From IMG/VR virus record IMGVR_UViG_3300025411_000008, positions 32,001 through 96,000 of that record: a DNA stretch of 64,000 nucleotides; one strand, written 5' to 3'. The position numbers and the translations under genes are program-made. Source of the stretch: a virus. The notes under the pieces were generated by a model. It saw only the letters and a program-made list of their open reading frames with translations, was not told the DNA's origin and ran no database searches. The stretch's first letter is position 1. The number at the start of each line of letters is the position of its first letter. Positions 40,017 through 50,298 of this stretch are shown in pieces.

Positions 40017-40726
40017 GATTGCTCCTCGCTAGTTTCTTCGTTTTTATTTTGTGCATCAATCTCTGCGGTGCCCTTGAGCAGGTCCCACATTCTTGTGGTA
40101 CCATCCATGGCTGCATTCATTGAGTCATCTTGAAGAGCTCCAGGATTCATACCCTTTGCACTCTTCTTTTTAAGCTTCTTCTTATTCTTTTCGATCTTTT
40201 GTGATGCTGGACTTAGGAAATTACGCTTGATGTTTTTTCCTACCTCAGGATCTATACCCAGGAACTTGGGTCTTTTAAATCCTAAAGCTCCAGCAATTTC
40301 GTGTCCGCAGGCAGGATTTTCACAAGAACCTGACAAATCGCCCTTTTTCATCGAGTCATTAACGAATGTACGCTGCTTACAACGAGGACATTCAGCCTTA
40401 CCACTTGATGTACCGCTAAGGTCGAGACCTTCAAAGTCTGGTGAAACAATGTCTACAAAAGACAAGCTTCTGTAGGCAGCTTTAGCATTAGGGTTCTGCT
40501 CTGCAAGACTCTGCTGCTGCTTTACAACCTGTTGGATGCCCATCGCATCTTGCCATTCTTGAATAGCTTCTTGTACCCGAGGGTCAATATAGCTACAGTC
40601 TGGACAAATGCCATCTCTGTAACCATTACCTTGACACTGCGGGCAATCACCAAGAGGTGAAATGGATACCCTGATTACTTCCAGTGCATACTTCTTAATA
40701 TCGCTAGATACCTTGAGGACAGGCAT
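40013..40726 (-). CDS. Zn-ribbon-containing head-module protein
   Basis: CPQC.G.G....CPDC and CPRC...CENPAC; start MPVLK at 40726. Confidence 0.7.
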   Translation of the reverse strand: MPVLKVSSDIKKYALEVIRVSISPLGDCPQCQGNGYRDGICPDCSYIDPRVQEAIQEWQDAMGIQQVVKQQQSLAEQNPNAKAAYRSLSFVDIVSPDFEGLDLSGTSSGKAECPRCKQRTFVNDSMKKGDLSGSCENPACGHEIAGALGFKRPKFLGIDPEVGKNIKRNFLSPASQKIEKNKKKLKKKSAKGMNPGALQDDSMNAAMDGTTRMWDLLKGTAEIDAQNKNEETSEEQS

Positions 40727-40728
40727 TG

Positions 40729-41388
40729 TTAGTAACGCTTCTTTTGCAACAACCAAGCTGATTCGTCTGCTGGCTCAAATACAAAGCTCAGCTCGAAGAA
40801 GTTAGGTCTGATGCAACTTTCGAATACAAGGCTCTCAATACGCTTGCCAGCCTTGTAAACAGTAACGGTGCGTCCCTTAAGACGAGGAATGTGTGTGCAG
40901 TACTCAGCAGGCTTGCTGGCAACCTTGCCGCAGGCACTGCATTGTGTGCAATCGACGTCAGCACCCATGCTGACAGCGTTCAAGCTACCTTCCATAATGG
41001 AGTTGGCTAGCTTAGGAAAACTTTGTGCATCTACTTCCATCAGGCAGTAAACACTTCCGTCTGTTGCACCGGAGGCGAGCTTGCTCTCACGGTAAACAGC
41101 ATCGAGAATAACCCCACGAGCACGATCAGGATCTGAGTTGTTGTGCTCAACGTAGATAGGCCGACCAACAAAAGTCTTGTAGCTTTGCTTGATTTGGTCT
41201 ACAGGCCAACCATCATAATTAGCGTTTACTCTGGAGGAAATGGCTCTAGAAACAGCGTAAACATAACCAGGTTCTGGCTTAAAGTTAAAATCGTCAAAGG
41301 TTACATTGTGCAGCTCAATTGGCTGACCGACGCCAGCAAGAGTCTCTCTACCTTGTAGAGCAATTGAGGGAGCACCAAATTTTATCAT
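40729..41388 (-). CDS. prohead (capsid maturation) protease
   Basis: N.N.D, FVGRPIYVEH (His), G.ILDA, VSMG (Ser), C..C....C.H Zn site, FFELSFVFEPAD; start MIKFG at 41388. Confidence 0.85.
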   Translation of the reverse strand: MIKFGAPSIALQGRETLAGVGQPIELHNVTFDDFNFKPEPGYVYAVSRAISSRVNANYDGWPVDQIKQSYKTFVGRPIYVEHNNSDPDRARGVILDAVYRESKLASGATDGSVYCLMEVDAQSFPKLANSIMEGSLNAVSMGADVDCTQCSACGKVASKPAEYCTHIPRLKGRTVTVYKAGKRIESLVFESCIRPNFFELSFVFEPADESAWLLQKKRY

Positions 41389-41451
41389 CTTCAGAACCTT
41401 TTCTGTATTAACATATATTTTACATCGTTGTAACAATTAAAACTATGTTAA

Positions 41452-41847
41452 TTAGTGATGTAAGTTAATTTCGTCTTCGAGAGCATCAACGAGATTGTGT
41501 ACTTCTTTGCTTTGTTCTTGCTCGAGTTCAAGGATCTCATTGATCTTTACAAGCAATTCTTGGATGGTTGTAAGGCTTTCACGCAATACTTTAGCATCTG
41601 CTCGAGTCTGCTCAAACATACTGATACCAACAACAGACTCAATGAACAGTGCCATGTAGGAAGCCCATACATTCCACCAGCCAATAACGTTGATGTCAAT
41701 TGTTCCCCAAGCAGCGCAGAACAAAGTAATAAACGTAATTGTCCCAATGAAATACCAATTACGAATAGAAAACTGAATCTTCCAAGAAATATGCTTGCCA
41801 AGACCGATGGGGTCGCCCGTAATAGGGTGTCTAAATCTCCTGGCCAT
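41452..41847 (-). CDS. two-TM membrane protein (DUF1003-like; holin candidate)
   Basis: W.FI..ITFITLFCAAW and WNVWASYMALFIESVVGI helices followed by a coiled coil. Confidence 0.6.
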   Translation of the reverse strand: MARRFRHPITGDPIGLGKHISWKIQFSIRNWYFIGTITFITLFCAAWGTIDINVIGWWNVWASYMALFIESVVGISMFEQTRADAKVLRESLTTIQELLVKINEILELEQEQSKEVHNLVDALEDEINLHH

Positions 41848-42221
41848 TATTCCTCGTTTTCGTGCGCTGCTCTGAGTCCTTCGTGGTAGCCAAGGTGTCT
41901 ATCAATAGACTGTGTAAGCTTGTCTACGTGCTGTTCGATACCCATCAAGTGGTCAACCTTTGTCTCTAGGCGATTCCACTGGTCTTTAGGGCTCGAGCCA
42001 CCGTTAGTCTTGAACTGGCTGAACAAGCGTTCAAACTTCTCGTCTTGATCAATCTTGCTTTCAATGATTGACTTCTCAAGCTCATCCATCTTTTTGTCGC
42101 TATGGCGCACAATAAGCTTGTAGATGAAACGTGCCACAGTTGCAAAACCAGCTGCAGCAAAGAAGAAGTTAGAGATATAGCTAAACCAGGTATTGCTTGA
42201 ATTAAAAAACGTGCCGAGCAT
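41847..42221 (-). CDS. single-TM membrane protein with coiled coil
   Basis: N-terminal TM; NGGSS.KD...RLE motif common in actinophage membrane proteins. Confidence 0.65.
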   Translation of the reverse strand: MLGTFFNSSNTWFSYISNFFFAAAGFATVARFIYKLIVRHSDKKMDELEKSIIESKIDQDEKFERLFSQFKTNGGSSPKDQWNRLETKVDHLMGIEQHVDKLTQSIDRHLGYHEGLRAAHENEE

Positions 42222-42409
42222 TATGCATCAATTTTTTCATAGATGCTATTTGACAAATCAAGCTTGTGGGCATTTCGGCACTTAATGCCTTCTCCCTCTT
42301 TGATAATGTCAAGCTTAACTAGGGGGCTAACTACGTCAAGAAAGCTCTTCTTATTGAAGGCAGCTTTTGGTAGAAGACGAGGAGTCTCATTATTAAAAAG
42401 AGTGCTCAT
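42221..42409 (-). CDS. hypothetical protein
   Basis: 62 aa; GGAG SD; coupled to the downstream gene. Confidence 0.6.
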   Translation of the reverse strand: MSTLFNNETPRLLPKAAFNKKSFLDVVSPLVKLDIIKEGEGIKCRNAHKLDLSNSIYEKIDA

Positions 42410-42467
42410 GGATGTCTCCGTTGATTAAATATTACACGTTCTACTAATTAGTGCAATATCTATTGTG

Positions 42468-44852
42468 TTATAAATCTTCCTTTGGAAGATCTGGGTGATA
42501 ATCTCCGCTAATAGCAGGTGCACTGATCGCACTATCTCCACCCATACTGTTGCCACCGGCCATATCAGCGATAGGGTTACCAGTATCTTCAGGGTTAGTA
42601 GGAGTAGGGATCATTGAGCTATCACCGTCAAGAGCATTAGCAAGATGTTGCTTAAATGCCTCTTCGTCAAACTTCTCATAGCTATTGTCAACAATAACCT
42701 TCATACCAGTAGCAAGCTTCATACGCTTACGCTTCTTCTGCTCAAATGGTACAGCGAACTTCATACGGTCACCGTATTCAACGCGACCACTAAAGTCATC
42801 GTAATCATCTTCGTCCCAACCAGATACGGATGCAGTCTTCTTCTTAGGTCCATTCTTAGGACCCTTCTTAGAAGGCTTAGGTTGGCTCTTACGCTGTTCG
42901 TAGCTTTCTTCTGGACGTTGACGTTGCTGAGCAGCTTCTTGGTTGATGCTTGGGTATACTTGTGCACCAGCAGCAGCGTCACTGTTGCCTGCGGCATTAC
43001 CAGTCATATTGGGTGCGCTAGGTGGAGCTACAAGACCAGCCATAGCACCTGGGGCAAGCTGTGCACCAAGCGATGGGTCTTCCATCATCGCTAGGTAGGC
43101 CTGGTATTCCTGTACATATTCTGGTGGTACTGGCAATTGCAGAACCATCAAACGGTTGAACAGTTCCTTCTTGAATTGCTGTTCAGCAACAACCGTCTTA
43201 ATCTTCTCTTCCTTACGTGCATCAATCTCGTCATCGAAGTCGATTGGGATATTGACAGCAAGTGTGCTGAGGGAGATGGGGAAGCCTGAGGCGCTGAGCT
43301 GCTGGAGGAACCCACGCTCAACTGTCTCATCTCTGAGGTTCATCGAACGGAATCTTACCTCTGGAATGGCCAGCTTGGGTCGTTCTTCAACATATTCAGC
43401 ACCAGTCTCTTCATCAACCATGAGAACAGTTTCCATAACAGGTACCATTTGGCCACCCACGTTACGCATCTCATAGTGACCTTGTCTTTCTGCTACTGGC
43501 TCCATACGGGAACGGATAAACTTCTCGATCTTGTGCTGGTAAGTACTAAGCATCTGAGTAATAAGCTCTCGGTTCAAAGCACCTGAAGCATAGGTACCAC
43601 CCTGGCCACCCTGAATAAGGTCAGCACCGATACCGAATACACCCATGAGGTTTGTCTGTACACGCATGAAATCTGTGTCAAGACGAGGCATGCTTTCACG
43701 TCCAAAGGCGTTCTGGATCTGCAAACCGTGGTGGTATGTCATCAGACGGAAGTCTGAGTTAATAGCCATGGCCAAGTCGTCACGCAAAGACTGGAGCTCC
43801 ATAGCATCTGGGATCCATGGACCGTCCTGGTCTACGTCAGGAAGTCCCAAGGTAGCAAGGATAAGGGGAGAATACAGACGGTCAGCAATAGCGTCTTGAG
43901 CGGAGTTGAGGGACTCCTCAAGCATAAGAGTGCGAAAGGCACGAAGAAGAATAGGAGTACCATGTTCGCTCCACGGGTTGGTAGAGAACTTGATCTGCTT
44001 CATGATTACATCAGAAACAGGGATTTCCTTATCTTGTCTAGCCCAAGCCACAACGTCTGGATAGAGCTGCATAAGCATTGCATACTCTTGTGGAGGATCA
44101 CGACGTTCGATAAGACGCTTGATCTCTTCAGGTACCTTAACGTGGAACTGGTATGTTCTAAGAGCACGGTTCTTAGCGACGATAACGTCGTTAGGGTTGA
44201 TGATCTCATCTTCTTCCCATGCACCAATACCATCGTGCCAAGAACCCATGGCGAACACTTCACCAACGGTCCAGTGCTCACGACCAAGGTCATAGAGGAA
44301 GTCTTGGTAATTAAGACCATCAAAGAACAACTCATTATAGAAGTCAGAGATGCGCTTGTCGGGGTGTACTAGCTCGATGTCCAGCAAGGGGAAACGAGTA
44401 TAGATGTCAATAAGACCAGGTACCAAGTGGTGAGTGGTGTAAAGAAGGCGAGCCCAGTCACGTATCTTACGAGTCTGCTCATCTGGGTCTTCCATGTTGA
44501 ACCACCACGTGCGCTCACGCCAGTATTCAAATGGGTCGTGTAGCTTAGGAAGTGCCCACTGGGCATCTGATCCTGTAGCAGCAGCAGTTCTGCGGTTAGA
44601 CGTTCTAGCCATGCCGTTCTCAGCAAGGAAGTCAGAACCTAACTTATTAAGACGTTGTCTACCCTCTGGAGGTCCACCCATTGCAGTAGCCATTGGACCA
44701 ATGTCATTAAGCATTGATCCTGGCGTAGAAGCCCTATTGAGCATGTCACGTGCAGCGACACGCCCAGCAATAGGGTTCTTAGGAAGGGTGATACCAGATG
44801 TCTTCATGCGGCTAAATTCCGCAGAAGCACTCCAGTCGTTGGTAGCCATCAA
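42468..44852 (-). CDS. portal protein
   Basis: R.W.R..Y..H.LV...IDIY.RFP, G.P.LLRAFR.L, AIADRL..P, G..YAS; long charged C-terminal extension. Confidence 0.85.
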   Translation of the reverse strand: MMATNDWSASAEFSRMKTSGITLPKNPIAGRVAARDMLNRASTPGSMLNDIGPMATAMGGPPEGRQRLNKLGSDFLAENGMARTSNRRTAAATGSDAQWALPKLHDPFEYWRERTWWFNMEDPDEQTRKIRDWARLLYTTHHLVPGLIDIYTRFPLLDIELVHPDKRISDFYNELFFDGLNYQDFLYDLGREHWTVGEVFAMGSWHDGIGAWEEDEIINPNDVIVAKNRALRTYQFHVKVPEEIKRLIERRDPPQEYAMLMQLYPDVVAWARQDKEIPVSDVIMKQIKFSTNPWSEHGTPILLRAFRTLMLEESLNSAQDAIADRLYSPLILATLGLPDVDQDGPWIPDAMELQSLRDDLAMAINSDFRLMTYHHGLQIQNAFGRESMPRLDTDFMRVQTNLMGVFGIGADLIQGGQGGTYASGALNRELITQMLSTYQHKIEKFIRSRMEPVAERQGHYEMRNVGGQMVPVMETVLMVDEETGAEYVEERPKLAIPEVRFRSMNLRDETVERGFLQQLSASGFPISLSTLAVNIPIDFDDEIDARKEEKIKTVVAEQQFKKELFNRLMVLQLPVPPEYVQEYQAYLAMMEDPSLGAQLAPGAMAGLVAPPSAPNMTGNAAGNSDAAAGAQVYPSINQEAAQQRQRPEESYEQRKSQPKPSKKGPKNGPKKKTASVSGWDEDDYDDFSGRVEYGDRMKFAVPFEQKKRKRMKLATGMKVIVDNSYEKFDEEAFKQHLANALDGDSSMIPTPTNPEDTGNPIADMAGGNSMGGDSAISAPAISGDYHPDLPKEDL

Positions 44853-44861
44853 TTAGTCTTT

Positions 44862-45044
44862 CTATAGCCCGCATCCGCAAGACTCAATGCCAGGGATTGC
44901 TTGGCAACCACATGCATAGTTGACGCTTCGGGTAGACTTAATGATACCACCAGATTTGTTCTGAATGATAGGGTTTCCGTTAAAATCAAAGTTGGCACCA
45001 ACGCGGCGGATAGATGCCTGTCTAATGTTTTGCTGTCTTTCCAT
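44862..45044 (-). CDS. small Cys-rich protein
   Basis: 60 aa; C-terminal CGC...SCGCG; AGGA SD. Confidence 0.55.
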   Translation of the reverse strand: MERQQNIRQASIRRVGANFDFNGNPIIQNKSGGIIKSTRSVNYACGCQAIPGIESCGCGL

Positions 45045-45053
45045 AAGTTATCC

Positions 45054-48000
45054 TTAAGCTTGAGGTTCGTTCCAAGAGATACGACCCAAAAGCTGCACAC
45101 CAACACCATTAAGGTTCTGGGCAACTAGAGTCAATGTATCTGGACCATCTGGGTAGATGTTCTTATCAGGTGTAGCGAGTGCTGCAACAGTAGAAGTACC
45201 ACCGTTGAGGACACTGTTACCAAGGTCGCGGACACCGGCAACGTTAACTTCCTGTGTGGTGTCTACAAAGAAACCACCGGTAACTTCACCAGCAGCCAAA
45301 CCACTAGCAACCGTAACACCATTGGGTACAGAAGAGTAGTCAGCAATCTGGCTAAGCGATGAGTTCGGGCTGTTTGTACCAGCGACGACGTTTGTCCACT
45401 GTGGCAATGTTCCACCATTGATAAGCTGTGGCACGCCATTCAAGTAAGCCTTGATAAGCACGTTACCGGCACCAACCCCCTGTGTACCAGTAACCGTAAC
45501 TGACACGTCAAGCGTCTGCAGCTGCAACTGAACTCGGTTAGCCAGTTCGTGTGATCCAAGGATAGAACTTGTTTGGCTGTTGTCAACGCTAGGGGCAATA
45601 CGAATCGACATCAGAGCCTTGGTCTGACCAGAAGCCAACGTAATTGGAGTAGTCTGACCATAGGTGAACAAAAGGTTGGCGTCAGGCGAGAAACCACCAT
45701 CCATTGTTACTGCAGTACCCCAGTGGCTAAAGTATGGGCTGTGCGTAGGCATTGCCAACTCAACCGTAGTGGGTGCGGTAGCAGAGTATGAGAATGCAGT
45801 TCCTGCAAGTCCCATAGCCTGCACTGGAACCGTTGCGCTGGCGTTAGTCGATACAGAAGCATTGCTAAACGTAATGAAGTTACCGCTGATGGAAGCAACG
45901 TATGTGTTGTCGGGGAACAACGTCGGTGCAGTAACCTTAGAACCAATTGCAACACCGGTAATAGTTCCGCTACCAATTGGGCTACCAGACGTTAAAGAAA
46001 GCGTCAGGGAAGCAGGGGTAGCAATACCACGTGTCAAACCACCGAAGCTGCTAGCAGTTACAGTTGTGTAATTAACGTATTCAACACCAGTCGTGGCGTT
46101 CTTGATCGCAAGAGTGCCTGATGCAGGGAATGCGCTATTGCCAGCTGGATTCAGCGTATTGTTAACATAGATTGTGGTGTCTGTTGCACCGATGCCAGAT
46201 GTGGTAGTGGTAATTGGTGGGATCGTAGATGTTTCGTAACGACCCGGCAAGTTACCAGAGCGCATGTAGGCAGTGGTGTTGATGTTGTTGTTAGCCAGCT
46301 TGTGGCAGAACATGATGTTACCATCAGTAGTTCTCAGGCCCCAACGCACGAAACCAGCTCCGTACCACGAGTAGTCAAGGTACCACATCTGCATCTTGGT
46401 AAGGTCAAGCTTGTAACCGCTAGGTCCAGTTCCATCAAGTTTGTCGATGTTCCATTGCGACTGTGGCACACGGTTGTCGACAGTGGCTGTAACAGTCACG
46501 TAGTTGGCAGTAATACCACGGTAAGCAGGGCTAATGGTGATCTGCGTATCGCTAGCGATATCAGTAACACGGTAAGAGCTACCACGGATAACAATGTACT
46601 GACCAGGGGTCAGCTGCTTGCTAAAGATGGTTGGGAAATTGCCATCGGTTGCAGTAACCGTTGTGCTACCGTTTGTTACAGTTGCACGACCAGCAACCTG
46701 CTTAATTGAGCTACGAAGAACAGCGTAAAGCTGCTGACCATCGTACTCGAAGAACATGCCATTTTCTTGGTTGAAAAGACCCATTCTCTGTACAGCACCG
46801 TACCAACCATTAACTGTGCAAATAAAGTTTGCAGGATAATCAGATGGTGAAGTATTGCCAAGAGTACCAGTAGCAGTAATAGTGAACTGAGTGGCATTAA
46901 GAATGTTGGCAATAGGGTATGTGCCGTTGTAACCACTAGTAATTACACCAGCGATATTTACACTTGTACCAGGGGTAAGGTTGTGCTGTTCACGAGTTGT
47001 TACGGTGATCGTCGAACCAGGAGTTGTGCCAGTGGCAGAAATACCATCAACAGTGAATGCAGTGTTAAGGATCGTACCGGTGGCCATTTCAAGACCCTTA
47101 CCAGACTGGTAGTGGAAGTTACGACGGGTTTGACGAATAGCAGATTGGTGGTTGCTCAAGCTTTGTGGTCCGAACAGCACACCACCGTCAAATGGACGCT
47201 GAGCGAACAAAGATTGGTTGCGAGGAGTGATTGAACCACCGGTAGGAGTACCACCAGGTGCGCTCAATGCATAGTAGGTAAGACCGCTAGCACTGGTAAT
47301 ACCAGTTACATAGAAGTTACCATTCGCAGCAGATTGGCTAGTACCGCTAACGCTAATTTCATTACCAATGCTCAGGCCATGAGGAACGGTTGTCGTTACA
47401 GTAATCAAGTTACTTGAGTTGGTAAACGTTGGTGTACCGCCGATAGCAGCACCGGTGTAGTACTGCTGCTGCCAGACCTGAGTCTTAAATGGGTCAAAGA
47501 AACCCGAAGTACCACTAGGAGTACCAAATGTGTTTACTGTCTTGGCAGAGTAAGTGAACGAGTTTGTGCCGCTTGTTTCTACGATGAAGTTACCGTTGGC
47601 TGGAGCGAAGAAAGCATCTTGCACAGAGAATGGTGTGCCTGTGGCAAGGCCGCCACCACTTGTAAGAACAGTCACTGTCTTGCTGTTGGCACTCATAGTC
47701 ATACCAGTTACGGTAAGACCATTAGTAGCCAGCGAAATTGGTGGGTACATGTTATAACCAGCAGGGTGCCAGTTAGTTGTGCCGAGAGCTTCCCACTTAG
47801 AAGTCTGGTTACCATACTCAAAGTCGGTGTCAATCATCGACTGAGGTGTAGAGACGCGTTGCTTACCCACTGGGTCGTAAAGCTCTTCCACAGGAACTGT
47901 GCGTTGAGCATATTCATCAACTGTGATAGTGATCTTGTCGGTGGCAAGCATGCCAGATGTACCGCCGTTGAACACAACAGTAGTTACACCCTTGCTAGAA

Positions 48001-48218
48001 GAAGTAGGAAGATTAGTAGTGCTAGAAACCTGGTTAGAAACTGTAGCAGTAAAACCAGCTAGAGTAAATACAGGGTCACCAATTTTAAACAATGTTACGC
48101 CACGTGTAGTGTTTACTACGGATACAAGACGTTCCTGTGGAATATACTGGTTGATTACGAGAGTTGAAGTACTCGGTGTAAATACGTAATTATCGTAGTA
48201 CGATGTTGTTTGTGCCAT
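45054..48218 (-). CDS. large virion structural protein (1054 aa) with repeated beta modules
   Basis: DPVGK.RVS.PQS.IDTDFEYG.Q..KWE; RQTRR.F.YQSGKG; DYSWYGAG..RWG; HWG....MDG.F. Confidence 0.8.
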   Translation of the reverse strand: MAQTTSYYDNYVFTPSTSTLVINQYIPQERLVSVVNTTRGVTLFKIGDPVFTLAGFTATVSNQVSSTTNLPTSSSKGVTTVVFNGGTSGMLATDKITITVDEYAQRTVPVEELYDPVGKQRVSTPQSMIDTDFEYGNQTSKWEALGTTNWHPAGYNMYPPISLATNGLTVTGMTMSANSKTVTVLTSGGGLATGTPFSVQDAFFAPANGNFIVETSGTNSFTYSAKTVNTFGTPSGTSGFFDPFKTQVWQQQYYTGAAIGGTPTFTNSSNLITVTTTVPHGLSIGNEISVSGTSQSAANGNFYVTGITSASGLTYYALSAPGGTPTGGSITPRNQSLFAQRPFDGGVLFGPQSLSNHQSAIRQTRRNFHYQSGKGLEMATGTILNTAFTVDGISATGTTPGSTITVTTREQHNLTPGTSVNIAGVITSGYNGTYPIANILNATQFTITATGTLGNTSPSDYPANFICTVNGWYGAVQRMGLFNQENGMFFEYDGQQLYAVLRSSIKQVAGRATVTNGSTTVTATDGNFPTIFSKQLTPGQYIVIRGSSYRVTDIASDTQITISPAYRGITANYVTVTATVDNRVPQSQWNIDKLDGTGPSGYKLDLTKMQMWYLDYSWYGAGFVRWGLRTTDGNIMFCHKLANNNINTTAYMRSGNLPGRYETSTIPPITTTTSGIGATDTTIYVNNTLNPAGNSAFPASGTLAIKNATTGVEYVNYTTVTASSFGGLTRGIATPASLTLSLTSGSPIGSGTITGVAIGSKVTAPTLFPDNTYVASISGNFITFSNASVSTNASATVPVQAMGLAGTAFSYSATAPTTVELAMPTHSPYFSHWGTAVTMDGGFSPDANLLFTYGQTTPITLASGQTKALMSIRIAPSVDNSQTSSILGSHELANRVQLQLQTLDVSVTVTGTQGVGAGNVLIKAYLNGVPQLINGGTLPQWTNVVAGTNSPNSSLSQIADYSSVPNGVTVASGLAAGEVTGGFFVDTTQEVNVAGVRDLGNSVLNGGTSTVAALATPDKNIYPDGPDTLTLVAQNLNGVGVQLLGRISWNEPQA

Positions 48219-48226
48219 TGTTTTCC

Positions 48227-48982
48227 TTAGCCGAAGTAGTTATGGTTGTTGTCAACACTTGACAATGGTGTTGGGTTCTCGTTGTAGTTAGTAACAACAC
48301 CACCAGAGATAGTTAGTTGATCAGAGTCAGCAATATTAGGTTGACCAATACTACCATCAACCCATGTTGCTTCTTGGCCAATACTAACGGCGCTAAGGTC
48401 AACAAACAATCCAGGCAATGCCCAGTCAATAATACCTGTGCCACCTGATGCTGTCAATCTATAAGCAGTATAAAATAAACCATCTGCGATCGGAATAGAA
48501 ATCAGTGTTGGTGTAGAAGCAGCGGTAATGGTTGTTGTGGCTAAAGTTGCCCAGTTTGTTGAGCTGTATGAGCTAGCCGACGATGTGTAGTAAGCATTGG
48601 GCGTATAACGGTCATATGTGCCTTGCAATCTGATTGTTGCTGTACCAGTCCAACCAGCTTCTGCGCTAAGCACAGCAGTAATTGATTGCAAGTCTTGAAG
48701 TGTTACAGAAGCATCAGGTGCGCAAATGATACTAATATCAACTGCACCATTGCCATTAACATTAAGATTAAGACCAGGGTTAACTGAGCCAGGTTGCGCG
48801 TATGCGACATTACCACTCGTTGTCATGTAGCCAACTGCTCCATTGCTGAATTGAGCAGCGTAGGCCACTGCAGGAGGGTACACCGCACCAGGTGTCCCAT
48901 CATTACCATAATTGGTAACAAATTGACCCAATGGCCATGTCTTCTTTTGTTGCTTTGGGCCTTTACCTTCTGCGATGTTCAC
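48227..48982 (-). CDS. virion structural protein
   Basis: 251 aa, T/S/A/G-rich beta composition; AGGAG SD, GTG start. Confidence 0.65.
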   Translation of the reverse strand: MNIAEGKGPKQQKKTWPLGQFVTNYGNDGTPGAVYPPAVAYAAQFSNGAVGYMTTSGNVAYAQPGSVNPGLNLNVNGNGAVDISIICAPDASVTLQDLQSITAVLSAEAGWTGTATIRLQGTYDRYTPNAYYTSSASSYSSTNWATLATTTITAASTPTLISIPIADGLFYTAYRLTASGGTGIIDWALPGLFVDLSAVSIGQEATWVDGSIGQPNIADSDQLTISGGVVTNYNENPTPLSSVDNNHNYFG

Positions 48983-48991
48983 AATGTCTCC

Positions 48992-49672
48992 TTAAAGACT
49001 CATATAATCTATGCCTAGATCCGGCGTATCTGATTGCTGGAGAAACTTCATAGCATTCATGCTAATGTCATCATCTGCAACGCTCATAGCCGGTGCATCA
49101 GCCATTGGTACTGACTGAACTGTCTGTGGCCTTGGAGCAGGAGCAGCTTGCACAGGAGTTTGTGCTGGTCTTGCCGTAATCGCCTTGTCTAACTTACCTT
49201 CAAGGTTCTTAAAGGAGTTAGCAACTGGGTTCAATGAGTTCTTTATTGCTGATTCAATTTTGCTTATTGCTTGTTCGATCTGTGGACCAATTGGCTCTTC
49301 AGCCTTAGTTGACTCCGGCTTGATAAAGTACTTGTGTAGGACATCATTGCAAAGGTCCCAAGTTAACTTATCAACTCTTTTGCCAACAAGACGCATGATC
49401 CTTTTTGCCTTGTCATCCCATTGGTATTCATATTGATTGCCATCGTAGTCAATCAACTTTCCCCAACGGAACTCATCCTCAACCTGATCAAGGGTTAAGA
49501 ACTCTATGTTAGCAATCTGATAAAGCTCGGGCTCTTCGTCTTCCCAGACTTCTTCCCAAGGGTCTTCATCTTCCCAATCCTGATCCCATGTGGGCTCAAA
49601 CATTGGCTCTACAACCTCAAGGACCTCTTCTACAGGAGTAGAAACGATCTTAGTTTTTCTAGATCTGAACAT
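48992..49672 (-). CDS. hypothetical acidic protein
   Basis: 226 aa; W/E/D-rich N-terminus, P/A linker. Confidence 0.7.
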   Translation of the reverse strand: MFRSRKTKIVSTPVEEVLEVVEPMFEPTWDQDWEDEDPWEEVWEDEEPELYQIANIEFLTLDQVEDEFRWGKLIDYDGNQYEYQWDDKAKRIMRLVGKRVDKLTWDLCNDVLHKYFIKPESTKAEEPIGPQIEQAISKIESAIKNSLNPVANSFKNLEGKLDKAITARPAQTPVQAAPAPRPQTVQSVPMADAPAMSVADDDISMNAMKFLQQSDTPDLGIDYMSL

Positions 49673-49675
49673 GAG

Positions 49676-50239
49676 TTATTGGGCAATCACCAATTCGTAG
49701 TCGCCCTTGCGCTCTACAGAGGCAGTGCGGTCGTCCCAAACAACAGCGAACTCAGCATCACCAACGGCAATAACCGTACCGGCGATCTTCGTAGTGGGTG
49801 TCTCAGCAACGACTCGAGCATTGACCAAAGAACCAGTCTTAGCGTTAGCTACAAGACCAAGTGTGAAGTCAGGGTGAGCTTGGTTGGTACGGAAGCCACT
49901 GGCTTGGCTAGCAAGCTTGCTGGCAGCCTTAGCAGGGGCAAGTTGCAAGTCTTGTGTGCCAGCAACCTCGGGCTCCATAACCATGAGAGCACGGTCCTGA
50001 GCAGGGTTAGACAGGTCATTGCCCTGCATACCTTCATCAACATAACGCTGGATCTGGTCGCCCAGGCCCTGACGCTGCTGCATGTAGGCGTCCATGTTCT
50101 TCTCGAAGTGGTTGCTGTCCTGGTCGATGAAGTCACCAATCCATTGCTGGCTAGGGTCCATAAAGTTAACATCGGGGTTGGCATCGGCTGCTGTCTTGTC
50201 GAACAGTTCAGCTACTTTAATATTCAAACGGGGTTCCAT
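49676..50239 (-). CDS. hypothetical protein with a C-terminal SH3/Tudor-like barrel; candidate head protein
   Basis: RV......GTV.AV....F.V.WDD; FDKTAA leader; AGGAG SD. Confidence 0.7.
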   Translation of the reverse strand: MEPRLNIKVAELFDKTAADANPDVNFMDPSQQWIGDFIDQDSNHFEKNMDAYMQQRQGLGDQIQRYVDEGMQGNDLSNPAQDRALMVMEPEVAGTQDLQLAPAKAASKLASQASGFRTNQAHPDFTLGLVANAKTGSLVNARVVAETPTTKIAGTVIAVGDAEFAVVWDDRTASVERKGDYELVIAQ

Positions 50240-50298
50240 TGGTTTCTCCTGTGCGTGGATACATACACTACGGTATGTATTGTTGATAATTACATTGT

